Positions 1 to 10,175 of a stretch of DNA of 64,000 nucleotides are shown piece by piece (positions within the stretch are counted from its first letter, which is position 1; each line of letters begins with the position of its first letter). This DNA is from Pelagomonas calceolata (lineage: Eukaryota). The position numbers and the translations under genes were made by a program. The notes under the pieces were generated by a model. It saw only the letters and a program-made list of their open reading frames with translations. It ran no database searches and was not told the DNA's origin. The stretch is from NCBI GenBank assembly GCA_918797485.1, contig CAKKNE010000006.1:992001-1056000 (forward strand), given 5' to 3'.

Positions 1-1270
1 GCACGAGGCGGATCGAGAGTTGCTCCGCCGCCTCGTCGTTTGCATCGTCCACGAAGTCCCGCGCGGCCCGGCCCGCGAGCCGCGCGATCTCCGGCGCGCG
101 GTCCGCGAGCGCCGCCCGGGTCTCGTCGCGGCCCGCGGCGAGGTTCCCGAGGCCAAACGCGAGGCGCACGGCCGCTTGGGACCGGCGCGGGTCGTCCCGC
201 CGTGCGTCGAACGACGCCCGAAGCGCGTCCGCGAGCGCGTCGAGTCCGTCGCGATGCCCGTGCAGCGCGCGGCGCGTCCCCTCGTGCAGCGACAGCTTCG
301 CGAGCGCGCGCGCCGCGTGGAGCACGACGTCGGCGTCGCCCTCGAAGGGCACGAGGAGCGCAGCAAGCGCCCTGGACGCGCCGCCGGCCTCGAGCGGCTT
401 GAGCGCGCCCCGGTCGCCGCTCAGGTTCCGGAGCGCGCCGGCGGCCTGGGCCGCGAGGCGCGCCACGTGCCGCGTCGTCGCCCGCGCCGCGCAGGCGCGC
501 GCCAGGTCGCACGCCACGCCGGCGACGCCCGCCGCCGCGAGGCGGCGGAGCGAGGCCTCGTCGTTCGTCAGGTTCTTGAGCGCGCCGGCGCAGTACACCA
601 GCGCTTCGACGTACTCTTCAGATCCGCCCTGCAGCTCGGCCGCGCCGCGCGCCGCGTACCGCACGAGTCCGGGCACGACCTTCTCGTCGAAGAACAACGC
701 GTCGTGGGCGGGCGACCGCGACACGTCGAACGCGGCGCGGCACGCAACGAGCGTGGTTTCGGCGTCGCCGGGGAGGTCCCGCGACCCGTCCAGGAGCTTC
801 ATCGTCTCCCGCGACACCGCGAGGCGCGTCTGCGCGTCGTCGTGCGCGAGGGCGGCGGCGAGCGCCGCGAGCACGGCGCGCCGGCCAACCGAATCACGCG
901 AATTGAACGTGCCCGTCCCGAACCACGGCGCCAGGGCCCGTTGCAACACGTCACAGGCGGCGGAGCTGTCGAGCTCGACCACGTTCGCGAGGCATCGCGC
1001 TGCCGCGCGCAGCGCGCGGTCCTCGGCGGCCTGGCGCGGGTCCTCGTCGGGCGGCGCGGCGGGCGGCGCGGCGGGCGGCGCGGCGGCGTCGGCTGGCGGG
1101 TCCGCGGGCAGTCCTCGGACCGGCGCGGCGGCGCCGAGGCTCCGGTCGCGGCGCAGCGCGTGCGGCGTGAACGGCCGCGACGGATCCTTGAGGCTCGCAC
1201 GGGCCTCGGACAGCGCCGACGCGATGGTGCCGCCGCCCACGGCGGGCTTGCGCCGGATGCGCCTTGCTAT
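1..1270 (-). CDS. ARMC2: ARMC2-like armadillo-repeat protein (3' end runs off the window)
   Basis: Open minus-strand frame, absent from the ORF track because it has no stop in the window. It encodes SEARASLKDPSRPFTP (ARMC2 N-terminal motif) and ARM-type segments LVYCAGALKNLT, QAAGALRNLS, DVVLHAARALAKLS. There is no in-frame ATG before the motif, so the start is placed tentatively at ATA 1270. Confidence 0.7.
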   Translation of the reverse strand, partial: MARRIRRKPAVGGGTIASALSEARASLKDPSRPFTPHALRRDRSLGAAAPVRGLPADPPADAAAPPAAPPAAPPDEDPRQAAEDRALRAAARCLANVVELDSSAACDVLQRALAPWFGTGTFNSRDSVGRRAVLAALAAALAHDDAQTRLAVSRETMKLLDGSRDLPGDAETTLVACRAAFDVSRSPAHDALFFDEKVVPGLVRYAARGAAELQGGSEEYVEALVYCAGALKNLTNDEASLRRLAAAGVAGVACDLARACAARATTRHVARLAAQAAGALRNLSGDRGALKPLEAGGASRALAALLVPFEGDADVVLHAARALAKLSLHEGTRRALHGHRDGLDALADALRASFDARRDDPRRSQAAVRLAFGLGNLAAGRDETRAALADRAPEIARLAGRAARDFVDDANDEAAEQLSIRLV

Positions 1271-1610
1271 GGGGGGCTCCAGGGTGATGTGCTACTCGCG
1301 TACCGGGCAAAGGGCAGCTCGCAGGTAGAGCTGTGGTGCGGGAACGAAATTCTAATGGCCGGATTCCCACGTCTACTGCTTCTCTCCTCCTCTCACCGTT
1401 GTCCGCTTTGCTAGGCATCCCTAGTGTCTCACAAGGTAGCTGCATCAGCTGGCTACCCAAACGGGGTTTATACGCAGTTCGTTTATCGGTGTTCGCCGAG
1501 TCATAGAGCTGCCTATAGATTACTATCGTGCGGGGTACGGGGTACGGGAAGGAGGCATGGCTGCCCATAGAGCAGAGCTATTGCAGCACAAAATGAAGTC
1601 GTAGGCATCT

Positions 1611-2684
1611 ATGTTGCTTAGGACAGTGGTCGCGGCAGCCGTGCTGCTGCGCGGCGCGGGCGCATGCACGGCGACGCTGAGCATAGACATCGACGGCGTC
1701 TCGGTGAAGCTCGCGTTCGACAACACGTCCTCTGTGTTCGGCACGGCGCTCCGGCACGTCGCCGAGCTTGGAGACGCCCACGGCGGCGGCCTGATGGGTG
1801 GGAGTTGCGAGACCGGCGACGCGTTTTGCGCCGCCGGCGAGCTCGCGGACGGCGCGCACGCGCTCCTCGCGGAGCGGTGCGGCGACGGCGACGGCGGCGA
1901 CGCGCGTCCCGCGCCGCTGGACGTCCTACAAGTCGGCGCCCACGAAGGAGACAGCCCGGGCGACCCGCTGTACGCCTGGCTGCGGCACCGCGCCGCGCCG
2001 TGGGTCCGCGCCGTCCTCGTCGAGCCGATGCGGGCGAGCTTCGAAGCGCTGGTACGAAACTACGCCGGAGCGGTCGCTTCCATTTCGTACGTGCACGCCG
2101 CCGTCGCCGGGCGCGAGCGGAGGCCGCTGGTCTTCTACGAGCCGCGCCGCTGCGACGCGCCGTATCCTGATGCGAGTCACGACGTCCGCTGCGTCCACGG
2201 CTTCGAAACGTCGACGCTCATCGCTTCGACGAACTGGACATTCGTCTACCACGGCGCGCGATGGATCGTCGACCCGACGGGTTCGACGACCGCGGTGCCG
2301 CCCATCGCACGACGCGAGGTCGCTGGCCTCGATTGGCGCTCCATCTTGGAGGCACACGGCGCGTCCGCGGTCGGCGTCCTCGTCGTCGACGCCGAGGCCA
2401 TGGACTGCGACCTCGTCGCGAGCTTTCCCTTCGACGTCGCCGTTCCCGACGTGATCGTGTTCGAGCAAGGGCACTGCGCCCACGCCCAGCCCGACGAGCG
2501 CGCGGCACTCGATGATTACCTTACGGACGTCCTCGGCTACGCGCGGGCGCCGGGCTTCGTCGGGCACGTCGAGCACGACGCCTGCTACGTGCTGCGATCT
2601 ATGGCGCCGAATCCGCCCGACTCGGCCACGCTGGACCCCATCACCACCCCGCCCGACCGGCAGCGGGGTACGTTCGGGAGCTGA
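1611..2684 (+). CDS. Secreted FkbM-like (Methyltransf_21) SAM methyltransferase with N-terminal shared Cys module
   Basis: Signal peptide MLLRTVVAAAVLLRGAGA; motifs LQVGAHEG..DPLY, VLVEP, HAAV, VLVVDAEAMD, PDVIVFE. Confidence 0.8.
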   Translation: MLLRTVVAAAVLLRGAGACTATLSIDIDGVSVKLAFDNTSSVFGTALRHVAELGDAHGGGLMGGSCETGDAFCAAGELADGAHALLAERCGDGDGGDARPAPLDVLQVGAHEGDSPGDPLYAWLRHRAAPWVRAVLVEPMRASFEALVRNYAGAVASISYVHAAVAGRERRPLVFYEPRRCDAPYPDASHDVRCVHGFETSTLIASTNWTFVYHGARWIVDPTGSTTAVPPIARREVAGLDWRSILEAHGASAVGVLVVDAEAMDCDLVASFPFDVAVPDVIVFEQGHCAHAQPDERAALDDYLTDVLGYARAPGFVGHVEHDACYVLRSMAPNPPDSATLDPITTPPDRQRGTFGS

Positions 2685-2795
2685 CGACCGGCGAAGCCAT
2701 CGAGGCGGTCCTCGCCAGCGTCCCCGGCGGTGCCGAGGTTCTTTACTGCGGCTACCAGCCCCTCGTTCGCACTAGTATTGTTTACCGCATAGTTA

Positions 2796-5700
2796 TCATG
2801 TGCCAGTGGGGGCTTCATCTTCCGCGCACGCCGGCGCAGCGCCGAGGGCCGCCAGCCGGGCGTCGACGCTTGCGCGGAGTTCCCGGAGCGCGTCGACCTC
2901 CCCCGTGCCGCGCGCAGCGTCCGCAAGCGCGACCGCGCACGGCCTACCGGAGTCGTCGCCCGGGAGCGTCGACCAGCCGCGGGTGAGGCACGCCCGCGCC
3001 GCGAATTCCGCGACGTCGGCGCCGGCATCTAGCTCCGCGTAGAGCTCGTCGAGGCCGCGCCCACCGTTGACGTCGATGATGGTGCCGCCGGGCGCGCGCG
3101 GCGGCCGGGCGAGCGCGAGGCCGTCGCCCCACGACGGGAGGTTGACGACGTCGAAGCCGAGGCGGCGCAGCGTCGCAGGCGCCTTGGCGCAGCCCATGCG
3201 CCAGCCGCCCGTGTCGTGCAGGACCGCGACGCCCGACGGCGCGAGGCGGTGCGCCCAGCGCACCGCGTCGGCGACCGCGCCGGCGTGCGAGTGGTCCGCA
3301 TCGACCAGGAGTAGGTCGATAGGTCCGAAATCGAGAGCTTCGTCGTCGGTGCGAGCGACGACGACCTCAATGTCGGGGAACATGTGGCGAAACGCCGATC
3401 CCTCGACGAGGTAGTCTGGCCGGCCGTAGGGCCCGACGTTACCGTCGACGAGGATCGTGCGCGACGCGCGACCGATGCCCGCATCGCGTTGGCCCTGGCG
3501 CACCGCCGCCGGCGCGAAGCCACCGCCGGATCCGAGCACGACGGCCAGGCGCGCGCGCTGAGAATAAGCCAGCGCGTGGTATAAGAGGCCAGTGCCCAAA
3601 AATCCACCGGTCGCCGCGCCGTGCGTGTTCGAAAAGGCGAGCGCCGCGAGCGGCGCTGCCGCCGTCGCGTCGAAGAACGTTGGTGTATCGACGTCCCGTA
3701 GATAGACCTCGACCGTCGCCGCCGCCGCGGCGGGCGTGCCATCCCCAAATGTTACTGTCGCGCGCAGCTCGCACGCCTGCCCCCCGGCGCAGCGACGCGT
3801 GTCGAGCGCCGCATTTTGTGGATTCGTCAGCACGTCGACCGCGGCCGTCGCGTCGCCGAGGCCCGCGCTGCCCCGGTCGACCTGCGTCACCGCCGCGGCG
3901 CACGCGCTTCCGGGAACCTGTGCCTTGCCCAGAACTCCGCCACAGAGGGCTTCGAACGCGTCCAAGTGCAGCGTCGACGGGAACCGGACGCCGAGCCGAA
4001 GCTCCACCGAACCGTCGGCGAGGAGCGCCCCCCGCGCGGGCTCGTCGATCGAGACAGCGCCGAGGAAGCCCTCGCGGGCGGCGTACGCGCGGGCGGCTGC
4101 GGCGCGCGCGGCGAGACCGCCGTCGTCCCGTGCACGCAGCGCCGGCATGTGCTCCCGGACCCAGTCGTTCTCCCGGAGGTCGAGTACGAGCGTGACCCGG
4201 TCGCGCGTGCCCATGTTGACGAGCGTGTGGCGCCGCATCGTGTCGAAGTAGTGGAGCCGCCCCGGCTCCAGCTCGTGGACGGCGCCGAGCTCGGCGAAAT
4301 CCGCCACGAGCGTCTCCAACCTCAGACGCTCCGCGGCGTACGACGAGTTCCGCTCGGCCCACCACGAGTCGGCGCGGTCGTCGCCACACGCCCCGGGTGG
4401 GCCCGTCTGGCACTCGGGGTACGCGTGTTGGTTCAGCAGCGCGTTCGTCGCGGCGAAGTCCGCGCCGCGCGCAGCAATCACCGGAAGAAACGACGCCTCC
4501 GGCAGCAGCAGCAGGAGCCCCTCGGCCACTTCCGCGTCGACGGGGATCTGAACGCGCCGGATGTCCGGCGTCACGTGCAGGTCCTCGTCGTTGTGGAGGC
4601 CGTAGGCCGTCAGGGGCCGCCGCCGCAGCAGCCGGAACGCGACGACCTCGGTCCGCGCGGCGAACCACCCGTGCACCTTTGCAAGGTACGGGCACCGATC
4701 GAAGAGCCCCGCGTCCGCGTGCGGCCGGTTGATGAAGTGGTCCCGGAAGGCCGGCGGCAGCGCTGCGCGCGGCAGGAGCGGCCGCGCGTGGCCGAACTCG
4801 GACGCGGCCCAGTCCCAGCCCTCCAGCGCCACGCGCACGTCGCGCCGAAGCGCAGCGAGGTCGAAGACCCACGGCAGCCGCCAGAGCGGCGCGCCGCGTG
4901 GTTTGTGTCGTTGCGACAAATCCGCAACAGGTTCGGCGCCGAGCGGCGTGCGGACCCCCAGGTCCTCGACGAAAGGCGCCGCCGCGGCCTCCGTGGCGTC
5001 GCCGAGGACCGTGGGCAGCGCCGGCACTACGTCGGGGCTCCAGAGGTACTGGCCGCGCGGGCAGTGCAGGCCGCAGCCCGTCGGGAACGGCGCGAGGCAC
5101 CCGGTCCCCCGGTCGCAGCGCAGCGCGTCCAGCGCCGCGGTCGCGTTACCGTCGAGGCGCCAGTCGTCGGCGACGGCCGCGAGGTTTTCCGCGAGCCGCC
5201 CCCCGTCGGTCGACCGCGGGATGACGGCGATGCCGCGGTCCGCGGCCCAGCGGAGCAGCGCGGCGGCGGGCGAACGGCCCGCGGCGGCCGCAGCGGCGCG
5301 CACCGCCGCCGACTCGAGGAGGTCGCGCCGGCCCTCCTGCACGACGCTGCCGTACGCGACGACCGCGACGCCCGCCCGGCGGCCGAAGTCGACGACGCCG
5401 TCGCGCGGCAGGAGCGGGTGGAGCTCCAGCTGGTCGACGGCAGCGCGGACGCGCGCGTAGCGCCGCATCTCGCGGAGGTGGCGCGCGAGGTAGTTGGACA
5501 CCCCCACGTGGCGGCATAGGCCCGCGTCCCAGGCCTCCTCGAGCGCGCGCCACGCGCCGGCGCGCGCCGCGTAGGCCACGCTCACGTTGCCCTCGACGCC
5601 GAGGCCGCCGATTTCGGTCCAGACCACCAATCGATTGGGATGGTCGGCGGCGACGGACGGCGCCGGGAAGTGGAGGAGTAACAAATCGACGTGGCCGCCG

Positions 5701-6074
5701 AGCGCGGCCGCGATGCGCGACGCCGACGCGCGAGCGCTTTCGTAGTCGATTTGGTCCACTTTGACCTTGCTCGTGACGAAGAGCTCGTCGCGCGGGACAC
5801 CCGAGTCGCGGATGGCCAGTCGTACCGCCTCGTGGTTGCCGTAGACCTCTGCCGTGTCCAGGTGGCGGTAGCCCATTTGTAGCGCCCGCAGCACCGCGTC
5901 GTAGCACGCCTGGCCCTGGAGGTGGTAGGTCCCAAGGCCAATTTGCGGCATGCCGGCGAGCTTGGTCGCAGGCGCCGCCGGCGACGCGTCCAGCAGCCGG
6001 AGCAGTGGCACATCCGCGGCAGCCGGGACGACAATCAGAAATGTGGTGAGGAGGCCCATGGCTGCTGCCATCAT
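2796..6074 (-). CDS. Secreted fusion: aldo-keto reductase + Asp/Asn beta-hydroxylase-like 2OG cupin + Ig-like module + Methyltransf_24-like domain
   Basis: Signal peptide from ATG 6074. AKR: MPQIGLGTY, LDTAEVYGN, TSK, LLLHFP, VGVSNY, QLELHP. Cupin: GLHND..RVQIPV..PGRLHYFDTMRRHTLVNMGTRDRVTLVLD. MTase: VLGSGGGF, IDLLLVDADHS..VLHDT. Confidence 0.8.
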   Translation of the reverse strand: MMAAAMGLLTTFLIVVPAAADVPLLRLLDASPAAPATKLAGMPQIGLGTYHLQGQACYDAVLRALQMGYRHLDTAEVYGNHEAVRLAIRDSGVPRDELFVTSKVKVDQIDYESARASASRIAAALGGHVDLLLLHFPAPSVAADHPNRLVVWTEIGGLGVEGNVSVAYAARAGAWRALEEAWDAGLCRHVGVSNYLARHLREMRRYARVRAAVDQLELHPLLPRDGVVDFGRRAGVAVVAYGSVVQEGRRDLLESAAVRAAAAAAGRSPAAALLRWAADRGIAVIPRSTDGGRLAENLAAVADDWRLDGNATAALDALRCDRGTGCLAPFPTGCGLHCPRGQYLWSPDVVPALPTVLGDATEAAAAPFVEDLGVRTPLGAEPVADLSQRHKPRGAPLWRLPWVFDLAALRRDVRVALEGWDWAASEFGHARPLLPRAALPPAFRDHFINRPHADAGLFDRCPYLAKVHGWFAARTEVVAFRLLRRRPLTAYGLHNDEDLHVTPDIRRVQIPVDAEVAEGLLLLLPEASFLPVIAARGADFAATNALLNQHAYPECQTGPPGACGDDRADSWWAERNSSYAAERLRLETLVADFAELGAVHELEPGRLHYFDTMRRHTLVNMGTRDRVTLVLDLRENDWVREHMPALRARDDGGLAARAAAARAYAAREGFLGAVSIDEPARGALLADGSVELRLGVRFPSTLHLDAFEALCGGVLGKAQVPGSACAAAVTQVDRGSAGLGDATAAVDVLTNPQNAALDTRRCAGGQACELRATVTFGDGTPAAAAATVEVYLRDVDTPTFFDATAAAPLAALAFSNTHGAATGGFLGTGLLYHALAYSQRARLAVVLGSGGGFAPAAVRQGQRDAGIGRASRTILVDGNVGPYGRPDYLVEGSAFRHMFPDIEVVVARTDDEALDFGPIDLLLVDADHSHAGAVADAVRWAHRLAPSGVAVLHDTGGWRMGCAKAPATLRRLGFDVVNLPSWGDGLALARPPRAPGGTIIDVNGGRGLDELYAELDAGADVAEFAARACLTRGWSTLPGDDSGRPCAVALADAARGTGEVDALRELRASVDARLAALGAAPACAEDEAPTGT

Positions 6075-6311
6075 GCGCGGCAGGCTTGCCAGCACGGAAC
6101 TCGCACGATTTTTTGCGACGCCGCAGAGCCCGATCGGCACAGGCGGCAGCCACGCACGGCGCCCAGGCCCAACCCCAGCCGCCCCTGCCCGAGGCCCCGG
6201 GGCCTCGAGGCGAGGTTTCGTTCGGGTTCGTTGAGCTATCTGCGTCGTCTGCGTTTGCGTCGTCGCGAGTGCGGCCGTTTAGAGCAGGCTTCGTATGAGT
6301 TCCGGTGCGCT

Positions 6312-6401
6312 GCCGGGCCCAGACCTCCTGCGCGTGATTCCTCGCGCGTCTTGAAGGGGGGCTAGAGGGGCTAGGGTAAGAGCTTGGAGGGGGGGGTTCG
6401 T
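6312..6401 (+). repeat. ~90-bp dispersed repeat, copy 1
   Basis: Near-identical to the reverse complement of 58766-58860 (CCAGACCTCCTGCGCGTGATTCCTCGCGCGTC...GGCTAGAGGGGCTAGGG..TAAGAGCTTGGAGGGGGGG..TTCGT). Confidence 0.88.
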
Positions 6402-6713
6402 GTTCGGGTTTATCGTTCGGCTGGAGGGGCTAGCTCAATAAGCGACTCTCTCTCTCGGCTCTGCTTGCAAGCGGCCGGCCTCTGTTCGGAGCGAAACCTC
6501 ACACCGCATGTGTCTGGGTTCTCGGGGGGCAGGGCGCCACGTGAAACAATGTTCACCCGGGCCTAGTCGCCAATCCCTACCTGAATCCTCGCACCGTGAC
6601 AGCACATAAATAAAGCCCATCGTCGCGGAAGGATGCCAGTGCACCGTATGGGCCGGGGAAACTTTTGAACAATGTATAATATGATAAACTGAACAGGTTA
6701 ATACACGACTCCG

Positions 6714-9700
6714 CTAGAGACTACTGGAGCGCGGCACCACAATAACGCCTATTCCAAAGTACGAGCCGTCGACGTCGTCGTATTGCTCCACGAACTCGTG
6801 CGTCTCGAACTGGTCGCGGACCTCGCGCCAGAAGCGGCGGACGCCCGCGCACGACGGCTCGTCCGACGCGATATCGTGCAGGACGATGTAGCGCGTCGTT
6901 CGGTTCCGCACGAGGTCGAAGTCGCGCCGCACACCGTCGTAGGAGTGGTCGCCGTCGATGAAAGCGAGATCCCACGCGGGCGCCTTCGCCAGAAGCTCGG
7001 CGAACGGCGCCCCGGCCGAATCGAGCTTGCGGAAGCGCGCGGCCGCGTATTCCCGGAGCAGCGCGGGGTCCTGCCACTTGTCGATCGCGAGCGCGCGGAG
7101 GCCGTCGGCCCCCACACCGCCGCTCGCCTCCCCCAGACGGCCCAGCACCTCCACCGTAAACACGAACGTGCCGCCCCAGCGGCACCCGATCTCCAGGTAC
7201 GACGTCACGAGTGGCCCGGCGGCGAGGAAAGCGACGTACGCGCCAAACTGCCGGGGGTATTGGTAAATGCGGAGCCCGCCGGCGTTCCTCAGCATCTCCG
7301 CCGGCAGTTCCCGCGCGTTCTCGTCGTTGACGCCGCACGCCAGCACCAGCGCCTCGACGGCGGCCGCGTCGCGGAGTCGCGCGATCGGCGTCGCACGGAG
7401 GCGTCTCCGCGCCGCGTCCAGCGCCACCGCGGCCCCAATGTCGTAGCCGAACGCCGCGAGGCCCGGGGCGAGCGTGTCGACGTCTCCGAAGTCGCGGACG
7501 CACGTGCGGTCGACGGAAAAAGCCTGATCGAACGCGGCCCAGGCCGGGTTGTCGAAGGCGCGGAGTCTCGCGTGAAGCGCATCCATCAAGGCGCGGCGGT
7601 GCAGATCCTCGACCGAGAGCCACGCGACGGTGAGGTCGTCGCGCGCCTCCCAGTACTGAAGGTGCGCCAGCCACCGGTGCGCGTACCGAGCGAACGGGAC
7701 CGGCCCGGGCGCCGAGCAGTAGGACGCGACGGGATCGCGCGTCACCGCCACGACGAGTGTCCCGGCCCCGAGCCGCGGCGTCGTCGCCTCTACAAAGGGA
7801 TGATGCGTGACTTCGACGTCGACGGGGAAGAGCCCAGCCACCTGCTCGCCGAGGCATCCCGGCGGCGCTGCCACGACGATGGCCTTCGGCGGCGGCGGCG
7901 GCTCCGGAAGGCCGCACTCCTTCGCGATGCGCCGCCGCATGTCGTGCACGATCTCGTCCACGACGCACCGGGCGCCGTCGGCCGCGAGCTCGCAGCCCCG
8001 GCCGAGCTCCAGGCCCGCCCGCACGCGGAAGGCGTCCGCGACCGCACCCAACGCCTCGGCACTCCCATCCACGGGGAACGCGACCTCGTGCGCCACGCCG
8101 TTGACGGACGCGACGAACGTGAGCGAGGCGTTCGCGCCGCAGCGAGGCGCGAGCAGAGGCTCTTCTGAGACCCCGCCGTCGACGAGCTCGGCGACGCGGC
8201 GCTTATATTCATCCTTCGCGCGCGCCCACCAGGCGCGGACCTCGGCACTCAGCGTCCGCAGCGCCGCGACGTCGTCCCGCAGCGCCAGCACCCGACCGAC
8301 ACTCGCCGCGGACCACTCGCCGTCGACGACGGGAAACGGCGCGTCGAACCAGCGCTTGTAATACAGACTCGACACCACGGGAATGGCGCCGGCCTCCAGC
8401 GCTTCATAGGTCCGGTAGCACTCGACGTGGTTGTTTCCCGGGGGCGACGGGGCGAAGACGACGGACCGCAGCGCGCGCCGATATTTCTCCGGTGCGACGG
8501 CGCTCTCCAGTCCCCGCCGCCACGACGATTCGTTCGTGGGGACGTCCCATGCGGTGCCTCGCCGCCAATTTCCCACGGAAGTCGCGTCGAGGCCTGCCGT
8601 AATGTGCACGAGCGCGGCGTCCCCGCGCCGCTCGCCCTCCCGCAAAAAGCTCGCGAGCGCGTGCGCCCGCGCCGGCGACTGCGCGCGGCCCAGGAAGCCC
8701 CAGGCATACCGGCGCGTCGTGACGTCGTCGTCGACGGCCCCCTTCAGAAAGGCGGTCGGCCCCAGCGGCGCGACGAGCTGCGTCCGCCGCAGCCGAGGGA
8801 CCGCGTCTGGGTCCTGGTAGGCCCCGAAGCCGAGGCGGAGCACAAATGCGAGGCGATTTACGAGTTCGCCGTTCGCCTCGAGCCAGTCGCCGTGGTTCTC
8901 GTCGACCACGACCAGACCGACGCGCTTCCGGCCCGCGGCGCGCCAGAGCCGAGCGCTCTCGTTGACAAAGGCGTGCTGCACGTCCTGCTGGTGCGTGTTC
9001 ACCATGAGGATGACGTTCTGGGCACGGTCGAGCGCGCTGACTAGCGTCAACCGCGCGGTCGCCCGCGGTGCGCCCGGCTCGATCCCACCGCGGATCTCTG
9101 AAAACAACCGCTGTAACCAATCCGCCTCCCATCGATCGCTCCCCTGGTCCAGCGCGTAGAAGACCCAACGGTCCTCGTCGACGTCCTCTTCCTGTATCCG
9201 TCGCGGGACGAGCCGCCGCGCGTTTTCCAGGACATGATCCTCGGTCGCGCCCGGTAGCTCGATCGCGGAGAAGGCGCCGAACCTCGCGAGGCCGTGGCTG
9301 GCACGCATCGCGGCGCGCGACGCGACGTCCTGGCTGGCGTCGCAGAACGTTGTACCGAGCGCTTCTACGAACGCCGCGCGCGGCTCACACCGCGCTTCAA
9401 CAAAAGCGGACCAGGCCGCGGCGACGGCCGCAGCGCGCGGTGCGCCGGACCGCAGGAACGCGACGAGGCCGTCCCTGGCCGTGCCCACGGCGCAGCCTTC
9501 GAATGCTCTAAAAGGATCGTCGACGAGGAATACATTGATAGAAGCCACGACCACAACGTCGAAGCCCGACGCCGTCAGCGCGTGCGCGGCTGCCACGGAA
9601 CCCGTGGGTTCGACCCACACGTCGCTTCCACGCTCCCCTAAACCGCCCGGCGCCGCGACGAGCGCCACGACGCCAACCGCTTCGGCTGCCGCCGCCCAGG

Positions 9701-10100
9701 CGGCCGCGACCCGGGCCTCGCTCGGCCTCGCGTGAGCAATCGCAACGCGGCGCGGCCCGGCGCCGCAGCGCCGGGCCGTGCGCGCGGCGAGGCCGGCTAT
9801 TTTCGGCGCGAGGCGCACGCCGGCGGTCGCGTTCGCCTCGCAGCGCAGTGGCGCCGGCGGCGCCTCGTCTTCGACGGCCGCGCGCAACGCGTCCGCGACG
9901 ACTTTCCGCACGCACGGCGCGTCATTGGCACCGCAGCCGGCGCCTTCGAGCCGCGGTAGACTCAAGGAAGCGACGTACGCATCAATGTCCGTGGCGTCGT
10001 CGGCCTCCAGGGAAAGAGTAGCATCGTCTACATTGAGATTAAGCACCGCGGCGCCGGCGAGGGCAAGCAGCCCAAACCACAACGGTTGCGGCCGTCGCAT
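6714..10100 (-). CDS. Secreted multidomain protein: shared module, exostosin/GT47-like domain, second module, sulfotransferase-like remnant, C-terminal Methyltransf_24-like domain
   Basis: Signal peptide. GT47-like: YAWGFLGR..YRRALRSVVFAPSPPGNNHVECYRTYEALEAGAIPVV. Sulfotransferase-like: TRDPVASYCS. MTase: YLEIGCRWGGTF, DLAFIDGDHSYDGV..IVLHDI. Confidence 0.75.
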   Translation of the reverse strand: MRRPQPLWFGLLALAGAAVLNLNVDDATLSLEADDATDIDAYVASLSLPRLEGAGCGANDAPCVRKVVADALRAAVEDEAPPAPLRCEANATAGVRLAPKIAGLAARTARRCGAGPRRVAIAHARPSEARVAAAWAAAAEAVGVVALVAAPGGLGERGSDVWVEPTGSVAAAHALTASGFDVVVVASINVFLVDDPFRAFEGCAVGTARDGLVAFLRSGAPRAAAVAAAWSAFVEARCEPRAAFVEALGTTFCDASQDVASRAAMRASHGLARFGAFSAIELPGATEDHVLENARRLVPRRIQEEDVDEDRWVFYALDQGSDRWEADWLQRLFSEIRGGIEPGAPRATARLTLVSALDRAQNVILMVNTHQQDVQHAFVNESARLWRAAGRKRVGLVVVDENHGDWLEANGELVNRLAFVLRLGFGAYQDPDAVPRLRRTQLVAPLGPTAFLKGAVDDDVTTRRYAWGFLGRAQSPARAHALASFLREGERRGDAALVHITAGLDATSVGNWRRGTAWDVPTNESSWRRGLESAVAPEKYRRALRSVVFAPSPPGNNHVECYRTYEALEAGAIPVVSSLYYKRWFDAPFPVVDGEWSAASVGRVLALRDDVAALRTLSAEVRAWWARAKDEYKRRVAELVDGGVSEEPLLAPRCGANASLTFVASVNGVAHEVAFPVDGSAEALGAVADAFRVRAGLELGRGCELAADGARCVVDEIVHDMRRRIAKECGLPEPPPPPKAIVVAAPPGCLGEQVAGLFPVDVEVTHHPFVEATTPRLGAGTLVVAVTRDPVASYCSAPGPVPFARYAHRWLAHLQYWEARDDLTVAWLSVEDLHRRALMDALHARLRAFDNPAWAAFDQAFSVDRTCVRDFGDVDTLAPGLAAFGYDIGAAVALDAARRRLRATPIARLRDAAAVEALVLACGVNDENARELPAEMLRNAGGLRIYQYPRQFGAYVAFLAAGPLVTSYLEIGCRWGGTFVFTVEVLGRLGEASGGVGADGLRALAIDKWQDPALLREYAAARFRKLDSAGAPFAELLAKAPAWDLAFIDGDHSYDGVRRDFDLVRNRTTRYIVLHDIASDEPSCAGVRRFWREVRDQFETHEFVEQYDDVDGSYFGIGVIVVPRSSSL

Positions 10101-10175
10101 AGCTGCCCCCCGGGTCTACTCGTCAGCCATGCTCCTCATGCCAACTATGCCATCTCTCCAAACCCTGCCCTGGAG

